A DNA stretch of 37,200 bases from a virus. Lineage: Duplodnaviria; Caudoviricetes. The notes beneath the pieces were generated by a model that was not told where the DNA came from, did no database searches, and worked only from the letters and a program-made list of their open reading frames with translations. Below, in pieces: positions 1-8,817 of the stretch (positions within the stretch are counted from its first letter, which is position 1; every line of letters starts with the position of its first letter). The translations under genes were made by a program, and so were the position numbers. The DNA is taken from positions 1-37,200 of the IMG/VR virus record IMGVR_UViG_3300048599_000216; one strand, 5' to 3'.

Positions 1-99
1 CTCGCGTACTCCGAATCTCCGAAGCTCATCTGCGACATCGAACGGTTCCTACTGGCGGGGTGGGGCTATTTCAGCACAAGGACTTGTTCAGAGGTTCCC
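1..99. mobile_element. Probable terminal segment of an IS5-family insertion sequence (element continues left of the window)
   Basis: Minus strand from 99 reads GGGAACCTCTGAACAAGTCC, resembling IS5-subgroup terminal IRs (GGAAGGTGCGAACAAG type). It is preceded by ATAA, and the adjacent DUF3800 ORF stops shortly after entering it. Confidence 0.55.
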
Positions 100-280
100 T
101 TATCGCGCCGAGCTTGATTTCATCGGCGTGCGATATACCGACAGAGGTCTTCAAGGCATCGAGAACCTGTCGCATTGCTTCTACATCGCTTTCTGGAATC
201 ACGAGTGCTGCAACAACGCACCATGAGTCGGGGTTTGGCGCAGCTTTGAACACCCCTGATTCATCGACGTAAACGTGCAT
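71..280 (-). pseudogene. DUF3800-family protein, N-terminal fragment, probably truncated at ~100 by the IS end
   Basis: Begins MHVYVDESG, the typical DUF3800 N-terminal motif, and has an EIK motif. It is only 69 aa, with the last ~9 codons inside the IS-like end. Confidence 0.7.
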
Positions 281-400
281 TGGGCATTGGCTCCGGGCAG
301 GACAAGGTGCGGGGCTGACTGCCTCATTGTGGAGCGACGGACACTGCAATTCGAGCGTGCTTTCTAGGGCGTTCCCCCGAGCTGGCTTCGCCTCGGCGCT

Positions 401-544
401 TCAGTTTGTCGAAGAACGCCAGGAGGGAGGGGTACTCTCGTCGTTCATCCAGACGTGCGCAAATCGGGCGACCTGCGGCTCCGCGGCGACAAACCGATCG
501 ACGTCCACCAGTAGTGCGTCGGCTTCGCCGGGTGTTGGCCCTTC
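401..544 (-). pseudogene. 3' remnant of a host gene interrupted by the prophage
   Basis: Frame EGPTPGEADALLVDVDRF...WRSSTN* joins in frame across the target duplication to QRFWVEG at 37060-37080. Confidence 0.6.
539..544 (+). repeat. Left copy of 6-bp target site duplication CCCTTC
   Basis: CCCTTC directly precedes TGT at 545, and the same hexamer directly follows ACA at 37059. Confidence 0.93.
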
Positions 545-655
545 TGTCCCTGTGCTTGATATTTCAGGGGGAAAGGCTTGAAAAAAGCCTGGAAGAGCCC
601 GGAAGAAATCGGAAGATTGGATCAGGCCCGGAAAAGAAGTTGCGGTTACCGCAAT
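545..655 (+). repeat. Left phage end: degenerate terminal IR plus GGAAGA repeats at 10-bp period
   Basis: TGTCCCTGTGCTTGATATTT aligns with the right end read inward (TGTAGCGGCGCGCGATAAAT), with TGT and GATA in register. GGAAGA occurs at 591, 601 and 611. Confidence 0.7.
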
Positions 656-1029
656 TCGGCGGCGAGGGAGTTGCCGCCGAACAGATCCAGCTGGGAGCTG
701 ATTCTCGCACGGCCGGCCTCGACGCGGGCGAGCAGTTTGCGGATACCGCGCTCGGTCATCCGGAATTCGCGGGCCAGCTCGAACACCCGAGCGCCCTCCT
801 GGCGGCGAGCGACAATTGCCAGCTCGCGCCCGGAAAGGCCGTAGTACCCATTGACGGGAAAAGTGATCTGCTGGCCGGCCCATCGTTCCAGCAGCATATC
901 GGCCACGGCAGCGCCGAGCTGCGCTGCCACGTCCCCAGCCACACCCAGCTCGGCGGCGGTCGCCTCAGCAGATTGCTGAACATCCTGCAGTAGTTCGTGG
1001 CGCCGCCGCGCCATTGTGCCAGCGCTCAT
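646..1029 (-). CDS. mor: Mor/C-family transcription activator
   Basis: WAGQQITFP motif and C-terminal HTH (ELAREFRMTERGIRKLL); ATGA overlap with the upstream stop; last gene of the early operon. Confidence 0.88.
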   Translation of the reverse strand: MSAGTMARRRHELLQDVQQSAEATAAELGVAGDVAAQLGAAVADMLLERWAGQQITFPVNGYYGLSGRELAIVARRQEGARVFELAREFRMTERGIRKLLARVEAGRARISSQLDLFGGNSLAAELR

Positions 1030-1610
1030 GCCGCTCCCCCTGCCGCCTTGGCTTCTGCCACCTTTCGGTCGTAAGTCGCTTGGTCGATCGCGCCGTACTC
1101 CAGCTGGGACCGATACCACGCCAATGTCGCGGCCAGGGGCGCTTCCTCCTGGCGCTGTGGACTGCTACCCACGCGCGGGCCGGATACGTTGCGCCGACCG
1201 TCCTCACGGGCGCGCTCGGCTTTGGCATCGACCTGGTCGGCCAACCCGAAGACGACTTTGCGCAGATAGTTGTGGCCGTCGAGCGGGGTCTCGATACCAG
1301 CATGCGTCAGCATCTGCTCGATGCCGGCCGCCCAGACCGAGGCCGATGCCGGCCTGCGCACCCCGTTGCGCTCGTCGCGGCACACCGTGCCAGCGCGCAC
1401 CAACTGCGCCAGCTCGGAAATGATCGCGACAGCGCGCGAGACGCGCAGGCCGGACTTGGCAGGCTTGAACAGCCTGAGGTAACTCAGCGCGGCACGACCC
1501 AACGCCGGCTCGAACTCAGCCATGAGCGCGGCCAAACGCTTCCCGTCAGCGTCGGAAAAACCGGCTTCGATCGGAAAGTCCGAATAGCAGCACGGGCAAG
1601 TGACCTTCAT
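1026..1610 (-). CDS. Conserved Mu-like phage early protein with N-terminal CPCC motif
   Basis: MKVTCPCC...YLRLFKPAK...PLDGHNYLRKV pattern typical of genes between gemA and mor; ATGA overlaps on both sides. Confidence 0.8.
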   Translation of the reverse strand: MKVTCPCCYSDFPIEAGFSDADGKRLAALMAEFEPALGRAALSYLRLFKPAKSGLRVSRAVAIISELAQLVRAGTVCRDERNGVRRPASASVWAAGIEQMLTHAGIETPLDGHNYLRKVVFGLADQVDAKAERAREDGRRNVSGPRVGSSPQRQEEAPLAATLAWYRSQLEYGAIDQATYDRKVAEAKAAGGAA

Positions 1611-1906
1611 TGCGGTAGCCACCCGGCGATTTTCGGATTGCGCAGGTGCGCAGCCTCGATCCTGCAACGTGGCAGCGCGCCGCAGTGCTCGCAGGGGTCG
1701 CCTTCCAGCACGACAAGCTGCTCAGGCGCATTGCGCACCGTGCAAACGCGCCATTTTGTCGTGCGCGGCAGCTCGCTGCACGTCCCGATGACGGGGACGT
1801 GCAGGATGAGGTGACGACAGAGCCAGTCCAGCACCCTGACCGGGGCGGCAACGTAGAGCGCTGCCGGCGTGAACTCCGGCGCTGGGTTGCGGGTGCGGCG
1901 ATTCAT
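1607..1906 (-). CDS. Hypothetical Cys-rich protein (CEHC motif)
   Basis: Fills the gap exactly with ATGA overlaps at both ends. Confidence 0.65.
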   Translation of the reverse strand: MNRRTRNPAPEFTPAALYVAAPVRVLDWLCRHLILHVPVIGTCSELPRTTKWRVCTVRNAPEQLVVLEGDPCEHCGALPRCRIEAAHLRNPKIAGWLPQ

Positions 1907-2484
1907 TGCCTGACCTGCGTTGCCAGGTAGTCGCAAACGAGCCTCAGCGAGTCGCGATGTCGCCGCCAGTGCGGGCGCAAAGGCCCCAGTAGTTCAACAA
2001 CACGTTCCGGCGGCCAGGCCAGGTCGGCCAGCAGCCGGTCGATCGCATCGCTCAGGGAGCGTTTCTCCTGCTCGACATGCAGCGCGGCGACAATCGCGGC
2101 CAGCTGGTCCTGCTTTCGGCACCAGGCCACGCGTGCGATGCCGAACATGCGCCTGGCAATCGCGTCGGCGTATGACCACGACAGGCCCATGTCCGCGAGC
2201 TGCGCCTCGATCTTCGCAATCGTCGTCGGCATCGCCATCGACTCGAAGTTGTGCGGCTTGCCCGGATAGGGGCGTGTCTGCTGGCCGGCGCGTCGGCGCA
2301 GTTCGTTGAGCACCGCCTCCCGGCCTGCAGCATCGAGTGCGGTGCTGGACGTCACGCCTGCGACGTACTGCAGGAGGTTTTCATATGCGTCGCGGTCAAG
2401 ATCGAGCTGTCGGCGCAGAACGTGAATCGCCTTGCGCTGCCCTGCAGCGCGCTTTTCCGCGCGTGACTGGTGAGCGGTAGCCAT
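1903..2484 (-). CDS. gemA: GemA / Mu gp16-like regulatory protein (DUF1018)
   Basis: IHVLRRQLDLDRDAYENLL...G.TSS, IAKIEAQLADMGLSWSYADAIARRMFGIARVAW motifs. Confidence 0.88.
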   Translation of the reverse strand: MATAHQSRAEKRAAGQRKAIHVLRRQLDLDRDAYENLLQYVAGVTSSTALDAAGREAVLNELRRRAGQQTRPYPGKPHNFESMAMPTTIAKIEAQLADMGLSWSYADAIARRMFGIARVAWCRKQDQLAAIVAALHVEQEKRSLSDAIDRLLADLAWPPERVVELLGPLRPHWRRHRDSLRLVCDYLATQVRQ

Positions 2485-2696
2485 CACGTCCCCTTCGCCG
2501 GGCGAAATACGCCGCTCGCATTGAGGTAGCGGCGTGCCCCATGGTGATCGACCACGGCCAGCTGCAGACCGCCCGCTGCACGCGACAGCATGGCCGCCGC
2601 GTCCTCGACCTCGGTCGCACGATCGGCGTCGAATTCCAGAACATTGCGCCAGCTGCCGGACTGGTTGACCTGGAGTTTCCAGATCCGCGTGCTCAT
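2484..2696 (-). CDS. Hypothetical protein (70 aa)
   Basis: KLQVNQSGSWRNVLEF motif; translationally coupled to both neighbours. Confidence 0.7.
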   Translation of the reverse strand: MSTRIWKLQVNQSGSWRNVLEFDADRATEVEDAAAMLSRAAGGLQLAVVDHHGARRYLNASGVFRPAKGT

Positions 2697-3328
2697 CGGT
2701 CGCACTCCACAGCCAGGTGCATCCCACTGCTTTCGAGATACGTCAGCGTCAGCGGGCGGCAGTTGGTCCACTCGCGCGGCTCGATGCCGTCGTTGCTGCT
2801 GACGATCACGGCCCAGCTACCGGCCGCCGCCGGCCATTTGGGGCGCTTCGGCGCAGGGCGGACCTCGGTCGTCGCGCTGAAACCGACGATTGCCGCTGCG
2901 CCGACCTGGTCAAGCGCGAGCACAGTCCCCTCGAACCGCACGGGCCATTTCGCGGCGCTGGCGTAGACGTCGAGCGTGTCCGCCCACGTCGGCATTGCCG
3001 ACGCGAGCAGCGTGAGCGCGAGCAGCGCCACGGCGGAAAAGCGTCTCATGCGCTCATTCAGGGCAACTTTGAAGCCCTTGCACTCGCGCTTTTTCAGCCA
3101 CCGCAGGTGCGCGGCGAGCGCATCGCCAGCCGCGTGCTGATTCGGCGCTTCCGGGATACCGGGGACGAGCAGCGTCTTGTTGTCGTGAGCAACGCGCGCT
3201 GTCCCCGCGACCATATTGCGCACGAGGCGGTCTTTGCCGCGGGAAATTTCGATAGCGCCGTCGGGAACGGTCGTGCCGAACTCGATCACTCCGGTGGCCC
3301 AGCAATACGCGATAGTTTCAGATGCCAT
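2693..3328 (-). CDS. Apparent fusion: Mu-like early protein (AYCWATGVIEFG...LLVPGIPEA) plus a signal-peptide-bearing C-terminal domain
   Basis: N-terminal ~90 aa resemble a small conserved transposable-phage protein. An internal Met at 3049 starts MRRFSAVALLALTLLASAMPTWA, a classic signal peptide. Confidence 0.7.
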   Translation of the reverse strand: MASETIAYCWATGVIEFGTTVPDGAIEISRGKDRLVRNMVAGTARVAHDNKTLLVPGIPEAPNQHAAGDALAAHLRWLKKRECKGFKVALNERMRRFSAVALLALTLLASAMPTWADTLDVYASAAKWPVRFEGTVLALDQVGAAAIVGFSATTEVRPAPKRPKWPAAAGSWAVIVSSNDGIEPREWTNCRPLTLTYLESSGMHLAVECDR

Positions 3329-3342
3329 GTCATGCCCCTTGA

Positions 3343-3612
3343 TCAGTGCGTTTTCTTCACTCGCGGCTGCGAGCGGATGGAATCGGCGAACAGCTCGAAC
3401 ATCCGGGCAGCGGAGGTGCCGCCAACCTCGGCTGCCAGTCCGCCTGCAAACTTCACGGAGAAATGCTCGATGAACACTGCGCGCGCCGTTTCATCGTCGA
3501 ATTCGTGGCAGATACCGAAGAAAATCGGAAAAAAAGTGCTGCAAACGCTCTCGGCCGTGGCTTCCGGGTCATTGGTGTAGATCTCAATCTGCGCGTGCTT
3601 GACGTTCGCCAT
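3343..3612 (-). CDS. Hypothetical protein (89 aa)
   Basis: Co-oriented ORF starting 2 nt after the DUF3164 stop; Phe-rich, no recognised motif. Confidence 0.7.
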   Translation of the reverse strand: MANVKHAQIEIYTNDPEATAESVCSTFFPIFFGICHEFDDETARAVFIEHFSVKFAGGLAAEVGGTSAARMFELFADSIRSQPRVKKTH

Positions 3613-3613
3613 G

Positions 3614-4237
3614 TCAGGCCCCCGCTACGTCGAGGGCGATGAGGTCGTATTGCCCCGTCGCGTCGTTGCGTTCGTACACGCGCACGTAGCTCTTCGAGCC
3701 CACGACCTGCACCGCATCGCCGATGGCTTGCATCGCCCGCAGCCACCGCTTATCCGTGATGTCGAGGCGCCGCAGCGCGAGAATGCTGCCGGTCCTGATC
3801 TTGCCGGCCTGGTCGACGCGGAACGCGTCGGCGATCAGCGCACGCAGCTCGGCGCGCGCGCCTTCCGTCCAGTCGCGTAGACATTCGTCGATCAGCGCCT
3901 TGGATGCCTGTAGGCGCTCGTCGAACACGATGGACTCAGCCATCGCGCGCAGCACCTTGTAGCGCCCGTCAAAGCTGACCAGCGAGACGTTGCCCTTGTT
4001 TCCGCCGAGCCGCGCCTGATATTGCTCAGCCGAGAGCTGCACGAAAGCGGCGATGTCGCCGAACGCCTTGAGCTTGAAACGCTTGATGTGCTCGTGCAGG
4101 GCGCGGGCGTCCTCCACCAGTTCAGCCACGAGCGCGTCACGCGCAGCGTCGATCGGCTTGATGTTGGCCTCGGCGACCAGACGGCCTTGGGCATCCTCCC
4201 GGAAGCCGGCCGGGATCGCGGTGTTCGGTTGATTCAT
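3614..4237 (-). CDS. DUF3164-family protein
   Basis: EDAQGRLV...IKPID, GGNKGNVSLVSFDGRYKV, FDERLQASKALIDECL, SKSYVRVYER motifs; RBS GAGGA. Confidence 0.9.
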   Translation of the reverse strand: MNQPNTAIPAGFREDAQGRLVAEANIKPIDAARDALVAELVEDARALHEHIKRFKLKAFGDIAAFVQLSAEQYQARLGGNKGNVSLVSFDGRYKVLRAMAESIVFDERLQASKALIDECLRDWTEGARAELRALIADAFRVDQAGKIRTGSILALRRLDITDKRWLRAMQAIGDAVQVVGSKSYVRVYERNDATGQYDLIALDVAGA

Positions 4238-4242
4238 TGTCC

Positions 4243-4419
4243 TCAATCCTCGGGATTGGCGCCGTAGCGGCGGATGTCGTGAGCGACGTCCCGATACCGC
4301 TCGCCGATGTACGGCGGCAGCTCGTCGTCGTCGATAGAAACCACCGGCGCCGCCCTGTGGAGCGCGGAGTGAGGGCGCGACGGCGCCGGTGGCGAAAAAG
4401 GGGAATCCGGGGCGGTCAT
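4243..4419 (-). CDS. Hypothetical protein (58 aa)
   Basis: ATGA overlap with the upstream gene; fills the operon gap. Confidence 0.55.
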   Translation of the reverse strand: MTAPDSPFSPPAPSRPHSALHRAAPVVSIDDDELPPYIGERYRDVAHDIRRYGANPED

Positions 4420-4694
4420 GCGTGAACCTTGCGCAGCGTGTGCTCGACCCATTCGAGCTGCGTACCGAAGTACGGCGCGGCATGAACGATCATCCGCGTC
4501 ATGCCGAACGACCGCGCCATGCGAACGCTGCCGCTAACAAAGCTGGGCGAGCGATCGACGCGCAGCACTGGTGTCAAGCCACGGATGACGATGTCGGACA
4601 CAGTCACACCGGCTTTGTCGAGCTTCACGATCGCGTCGAGAGCCCTGTGCAATGCGGACTCCAAGGCCGTGTTGCCGGGAGAGAGCATCGTCAT
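4416..4694 (-). CDS. Hypothetical protein (92 aa)
   Basis: GGAGG RBS and ATGA overlap with the transposase B stop. Confidence 0.75.
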   Translation of the reverse strand: MTMLSPGNTALESALHRALDAIVKLDKAGVTVSDIVIRGLTPVLRVDRSPSFVSGSVRMARSFGMTRMIVHAAPYFGTQLEWVEHTLRKVHA

Positions 4695-5875
4695 GCTGCA
4701 CCTCCCACCAGGTCGCGAGTGACCTTCGGTGCACCCAACTCGGCGGCGGCGTTCATCGCCTGCGCCAGCGCGTTGTGCACGGCCAGCGGATAGAGCAGCG
4801 ACCCACCGCGCTGGTGCTTGCCGCTGGGCGTCAGGCGCGTGCGGAGCGCGTCGAGGCCGCTGCTGTCGATGATGTCGTCCACGTTCGCGCCAGCGCGCTG
4901 GAAGCGGTGCCGCAGATAGTCCGGCAGATGCTGATCCAGCGGCGCGAGGTGCACCAGCTCGATGCGCTGCGCGACCTCGCGTACCTGCGGGTTGCGCTCG
5001 TCCAGCTTCAGGAGCAATTCGGGCTGGCCGATCAGGATGATCGACACCAGCGGGCGCATTTTGTCTTTCAATTCCAGATAGCGCTTGAGGTGCTTGAGCG
5101 TCGGGATCGGCAGGCAGTGCGCCTCCTCGATCAACAGCGTATGCCGCATGCCGCTGCGCGAGCTTTCGCGCAACACCTCGTGCAGCTGGTGGAAACGCGC
5201 GTCCGGACTACTACGCGGTGGCGCCAGGGGCGCGATGCTGCGCATCATGCACTCGGCGATATGCTGACTGCGCAGCGTCTTGCCGACCGTGTCTTTTTCC
5301 TCCATCGCGAGCACGTACGGCTGGCAAGTGATGATCGACGGCTCGTCCTGCGCAATGCGCTCCAGCAGTTCTTCGCGCAAGGTGGTTTTTCCGGCGCCGC
5401 TCTCGCCGACGACACCGAGGAAACCGCCGTGGCGCACGGTGCTCCACATTGCCTCCCGCACGTAGCGAGCATCCGGCGACAGATAGACGTCATCCGTCTC
5501 GCGGCATTCCGTGAAGGGATTGCGCGCGAGCTTGAAGTGCAGGCGCGCCGCGGGCGTCAGGGTGTGCTTTCGCAGTAACATGGATTCCGTCTCCTCTACT
5601 TCGCAGGTGTGGGGGACAACCGGCCTCGAAGCGTTAGCGCGCTTCGGGGCCTTCTTTTTGGGGGTATGGGGCTCGGTGGAAATGCCGTGGCCGGCGAGCC
5701 AAGCCGCCAAGCGCTCGGCCAGGCCCGACGCATCAAGCGCCGGCCAGATGCCGCGATTGACCAGCCGCGAGACCGCGCCCCGGTCGACGCCGACGCCCGC
5801 GGCGACTGCCGCCAGCGTGATGCGCTGCTCGGCCAGCTGCGCCTTGAGGTTCGGCGGCAGGGGCAGCGCGCTCAT
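4691..5875 (-). CDS. Transposition protein B: N-terminal HTH plus ExeA-like AAA ATPase
   Basis: Walker A GESGAGKT, Walker B LLIEEAH, IILIGQPEL; downstream of the DDE transposase. Confidence 0.93.
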   Translation of the reverse strand: MSALPLPPNLKAQLAEQRITLAAVAAGVGVDRGAVSRLVNRGIWPALDASGLAERLAAWLAGHGISTEPHTPKKKAPKRANASRPVVPHTCEVEETESMLLRKHTLTPAARLHFKLARNPFTECRETDDVYLSPDARYVREAMWSTVRHGGFLGVVGESGAGKTTLREELLERIAQDEPSIITCQPYVLAMEEKDTVGKTLRSQHIAECMMRSIAPLAPPRSSPDARFHQLHEVLRESSRSGMRHTLLIEEAHCLPIPTLKHLKRYLELKDKMRPLVSIILIGQPELLLKLDERNPQVREVAQRIELVHLAPLDQHLPDYLRHRFQRAGANVDDIIDSSGLDALRTRLTPSGKHQRGGSLLYPLAVHNALAQAMNAAAELGAPKVTRDLVGGAA

Positions 5876-6072
5876 GCCTCGCCTGCCTTTCCGCGGCCGG
5901 GGTAGACCTCGGCGAGTTCAGCTCGCAAGAGGACGCACTGATCCGCCAGCTCGCTGAGCTGGGCGACAAAGTACTCGTCGACTTCCCCCCACTGGGCAGC
6001 CATGTCCACCAGGCTGTTGCGGATCGAAGCCAACCGCTTCTTGTGGCGCATGGCCAGCGCACGCGGCGTCAT
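5872..6072 (-). CDS. Hypothetical protein (66 aa) between transposase A and B
   Basis: GGAGG RBS; ATGA overlaps on both sides. Confidence 0.75.
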   Translation of the reverse strand: MTPRALAMRHKKRLASIRNSLVDMAAQWGEVDEYFVAQLSELADQCVLLRAELAEVYPGRGKAGEA

Positions 6073-7877
6073 GCGGCACCTCCGGCCAGGGCGCGCAGTC
6101 CGCCACGCATCAGCGCCACCGCGCAGTCGTCGAGCTGCTCATCCGGCACGCCGTCAGGCCACAACACCGTCATGCGCGCATACAGGTCCGCGTTCCATGC
6201 GCCGCCACGCGCTTCGACGCGACGCTTCAGGCCGCGCGCCATTTCCGCATGCGACAGCAGCGCAGGCGCGTACTGCGGCCGAATGCTCGGGATCGTCGGC
6301 GACGGTTCGACGATGGCCGGCGCTTGTACCGTCGATGGCGTGCCGGCACGCGGCAAGGCTTCCGGCACCTTCGCGTCCCGCCAGGGTTTCGTCGGGTCGA
6401 TGCTGTCGGCGAATGCACGGCGCTTGGCCTTGCGCGCCGCCGCGGCTTCGGCGTCCGTTTTGACGTCCATCGCCAGGCGATCCAGCTCCTTGCGTGCTGC
6501 ATCGACCGGCGTTTCCGGCTGCGCTTTGAACTCGGCGCCGATGATCGCGGCATTGGCCTCGAAGCCGTAGGCACCGAACTCGATCCGCGGCGCCAGGTAG
6601 TGCGCCGGCCGGCCGTCGTCGCCGGTGACCAGCACCCGCAGCGTCGTCGGGTCGAGTGCGTTGATCACGACGTCCAGCGTGCTGTCGTTGAGCACGCCCG
6701 GCAGACCCGACACGTCCCACAGTGCGCCGTCGTGCTTGATGCGGTAGTCACGCACCTTGCGCGCGACCGGTGCCGTCGTCGCTAGAGTGCGAAGCACCTC
6801 AACAGGCGGCGCGAGCTGGCGCTCGCCGATGGTGAGATACGCAGCCTGCCGCGTCGTGCCAGTGCGGCTATGGATCGTCGTGGCGTTGTAGGCGCGGCAC
6901 CATTTCGCGGCCAGCGCGTTGATTTCGGCCAGCGAAGCCACCGGCTTTTGCAGCTTCAGCGCCGCCTCAAAATGGGTCTCGACGACGTACTGCGCATTTT
7001 CCACTTGTCCTTTTGCGCGCGCGTTTCCGACTTCGTTGACGATCAGCTCGATGCACATCGCATCGAGGAAGCTGCGCGTCGTGCCGGCCGTGACCGCGCT
7101 GCCGGGATCGGCCATGAGGTATTTCGGCGAGCCATACATTGGCGAGCCGGCGCGCTCGGTCATCACGTAGATCAGCGCCGACAGCAGATTCGCCGCGCTC
7201 TCGGCGCCCTGGACGTAGAACGCCTCGATGTAGCCGCTCGCATGGTCGGTCACGACGTAGCGCCACAAACGGCGGTCGTTGATCTTGGCGAAGTTGCCCG
7301 GCTTGCCGCGGTAATACACGCGACGATCCATGACCTGGGCGCCGTCGTCCGCGAGGAAATACTGCCGGCTGACCGAGGCGTCGATCTGCCAGCAATAGTT
7401 CGGGTGCGGACTGCGCAAGCGGCTGGCCGGCGTCGGCGCGGCGAGCTGGCCAGGGTGGCAATGGAACTGCACCAGCGACCGACGGATAGCCGAAACGCTC
7501 AGCGGCGTGAATTCGCCCGTCCCGGCATCCACGCGGCCGGCCAGGATCTTTCCGCTCGCGCGCAGCATGCTCACGGCATCCTCCAGCGGCAGTTCACCGG
7601 TGCCGGTCAGGCGCCGGGTCTCTTCCACCGTGGCTGCAATAAGCAGTGCCTCGTCGCGCGTCAGCGCGCAGGCGCCCGCATCGCTGCGCCGCTTGCGCGG
7701 CTTGCTGACGCGAACCTGTTTGAGCCGCGTCAACAGCGTCGGAATCGACACGCCGAGGCGATCAGCCGCCTCGCGGTAGACCGCAGTCTTGCCGCCGTGT
7801 CCAGCCGACTTGGCGGCGTTGGCCACCGCGGCGAGCTCCTCGTACATCGCAGGGGATAGGACGGTCGCCATCGTCAT
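6069..7877 (-). CDS. DDE transposase A (B3/BcepMu type)
   Basis: RKRRSDAG, catalytic motifs CWQIDAS / YLMADPGSA / AKGQVE; ATGA overlap at 7874-7877. Confidence 0.95.
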   Translation of the reverse strand: MTMATVLSPAMYEELAAVANAAKSAGHGGKTAVYREAADRLGVSIPTLLTRLKQVRVSKPRKRRSDAGACALTRDEALLIAATVEETRRLTGTGELPLEDAVSMLRASGKILAGRVDAGTGEFTPLSVSAIRRSLVQFHCHPGQLAAPTPASRLRSPHPNYCWQIDASVSRQYFLADDGAQVMDRRVYYRGKPGNFAKINDRRLWRYVVTDHASGYIEAFYVQGAESAANLLSALIYVMTERAGSPMYGSPKYLMADPGSAVTAGTTRSFLDAMCIELIVNEVGNARAKGQVENAQYVVETHFEAALKLQKPVASLAEINALAAKWCRAYNATTIHSRTGTTRQAAYLTIGERQLAPPVEVLRTLATTAPVARKVRDYRIKHDGALWDVSGLPGVLNDSTLDVVINALDPTTLRVLVTGDDGRPAHYLAPRIEFGAYGFEANAAIIGAEFKAQPETPVDAARKELDRLAMDVKTDAEAAAARKAKRRAFADSIDPTKPWRDAKVPEALPRAGTPSTVQAPAIVEPSPTIPSIRPQYAPALLSHAEMARGLKRRVEARGGAWNADLYARMTVLWPDGVPDEQLDDCAVALMRGGLRALAGGAA

Positions 7878-8800
7878 TCTCCCTGCGCCCAACTCGGCGC
7901 GCCGTGGTCGTTGACGATCGGCAGGCCGAACGCATCGCGTACGCGGCGCAGCTCGCCCATCAGCTCGCCGATGATGCCGGCCATGTACTGGTCGTGCTCA
8001 TCGCCAGAGCTATCCGCGTCACCGGCATCGACCGCGTGTGCGCGCAACTCGGAGAAGCGCTCGAACAGGCTGTCAGCGTCCTCGCCGTGGGCGCTGATGT
8101 CGGCGCGGACCTGCAGCAGTGCCGAGGTGACCCGATCACGCAGCACGGCCTGCGTTTCTGCCGGTGTCGCGCGCTGGCGTTCCAGCTTCGCCTGCCGCAG
8201 TTGCTTCTGCAGCTTCTCGATGTCGCGCTCGCGCTTGGCGGCGCGATCATCCTTGGCGTCAATGTCGGCACGCGCATCGCGAAGGGCCTGACGGAGCTGG
8301 CTGGCACCCATGCGCTCGACGTCGTCGAGCGTGATGCCCGCGACCGATTCGCCCGACTCCAGGGCGGCCAGCTCGTCGTCATCCAGAACGGCCAGCTCCA
8401 GCACCTTGGCCTGAGACCCGGCGGCCTTCAAAAGCGACACGCTGTCACTTTTCGAGAACTTCAGCGCTACGGACATGAACCGCTGAGCGGTGCGCCTATG
8501 GGTGCCGCGAGCCTCGCATTGCTGCAGGAAATCGCCGTGCGGCGTCTGCTCCTTAATCAGCAGCAGGGCGCGGCCCATCGTCAGGATGTCGTCGACGGAA
8601 CGGCGCTGGCGGTGTTCGTAGACGCCCCACAGCGATTCCGTGTCCAGCGCGCCGGCGTAACCGATCGAGCTCGCCAGCTTTGCGATGGCGGCATCCGCTG
8701 CATGCACCTGCGCCTCGCGCTCGGCAATGGCCTGCGGCGTCTTTTCGGCGATCTGAATGTCCGTGCCGGGCTCGGCCGGCTGGAGTTTCTTGCGTGCCAT
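7874..8800 (-). CDS. DUF3102-like protein with C-terminal coiled coil
   Basis: MGRALLLIKEQTPHGDF...RTAQRFM motif; position upstream of transposase A as in B3-like phages. Confidence 0.85.
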   Translation of the reverse strand: MARKKLQPAEPGTDIQIAEKTPQAIAEREAQVHAADAAIAKLASSIGYAGALDTESLWGVYEHRQRRSVDDILTMGRALLLIKEQTPHGDFLQQCEARGTHRRTAQRFMSVALKFSKSDSVSLLKAAGSQAKVLELAVLDDDELAALESGESVAGITLDDVERMGASQLRQALRDARADIDAKDDRAAKRERDIEKLQKQLRQAKLERQRATPAETQAVLRDRVTSALLQVRADISAHGEDADSLFERFSELRAHAVDAGDADSSGDEHDQYMAGIIGELMGELRRVRDAFGLPIVNDHGAPSWAQGE

Positions 8801-8817
8801 TTGGGTGAAGTCCTTGG

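Noticed and set aside
401-883. 160-aa minus-strand ORF spanning the left junction
   Set aside because: Chimera of phage end sequence and a host gene remnant; crosses the TSD and overlaps mor.
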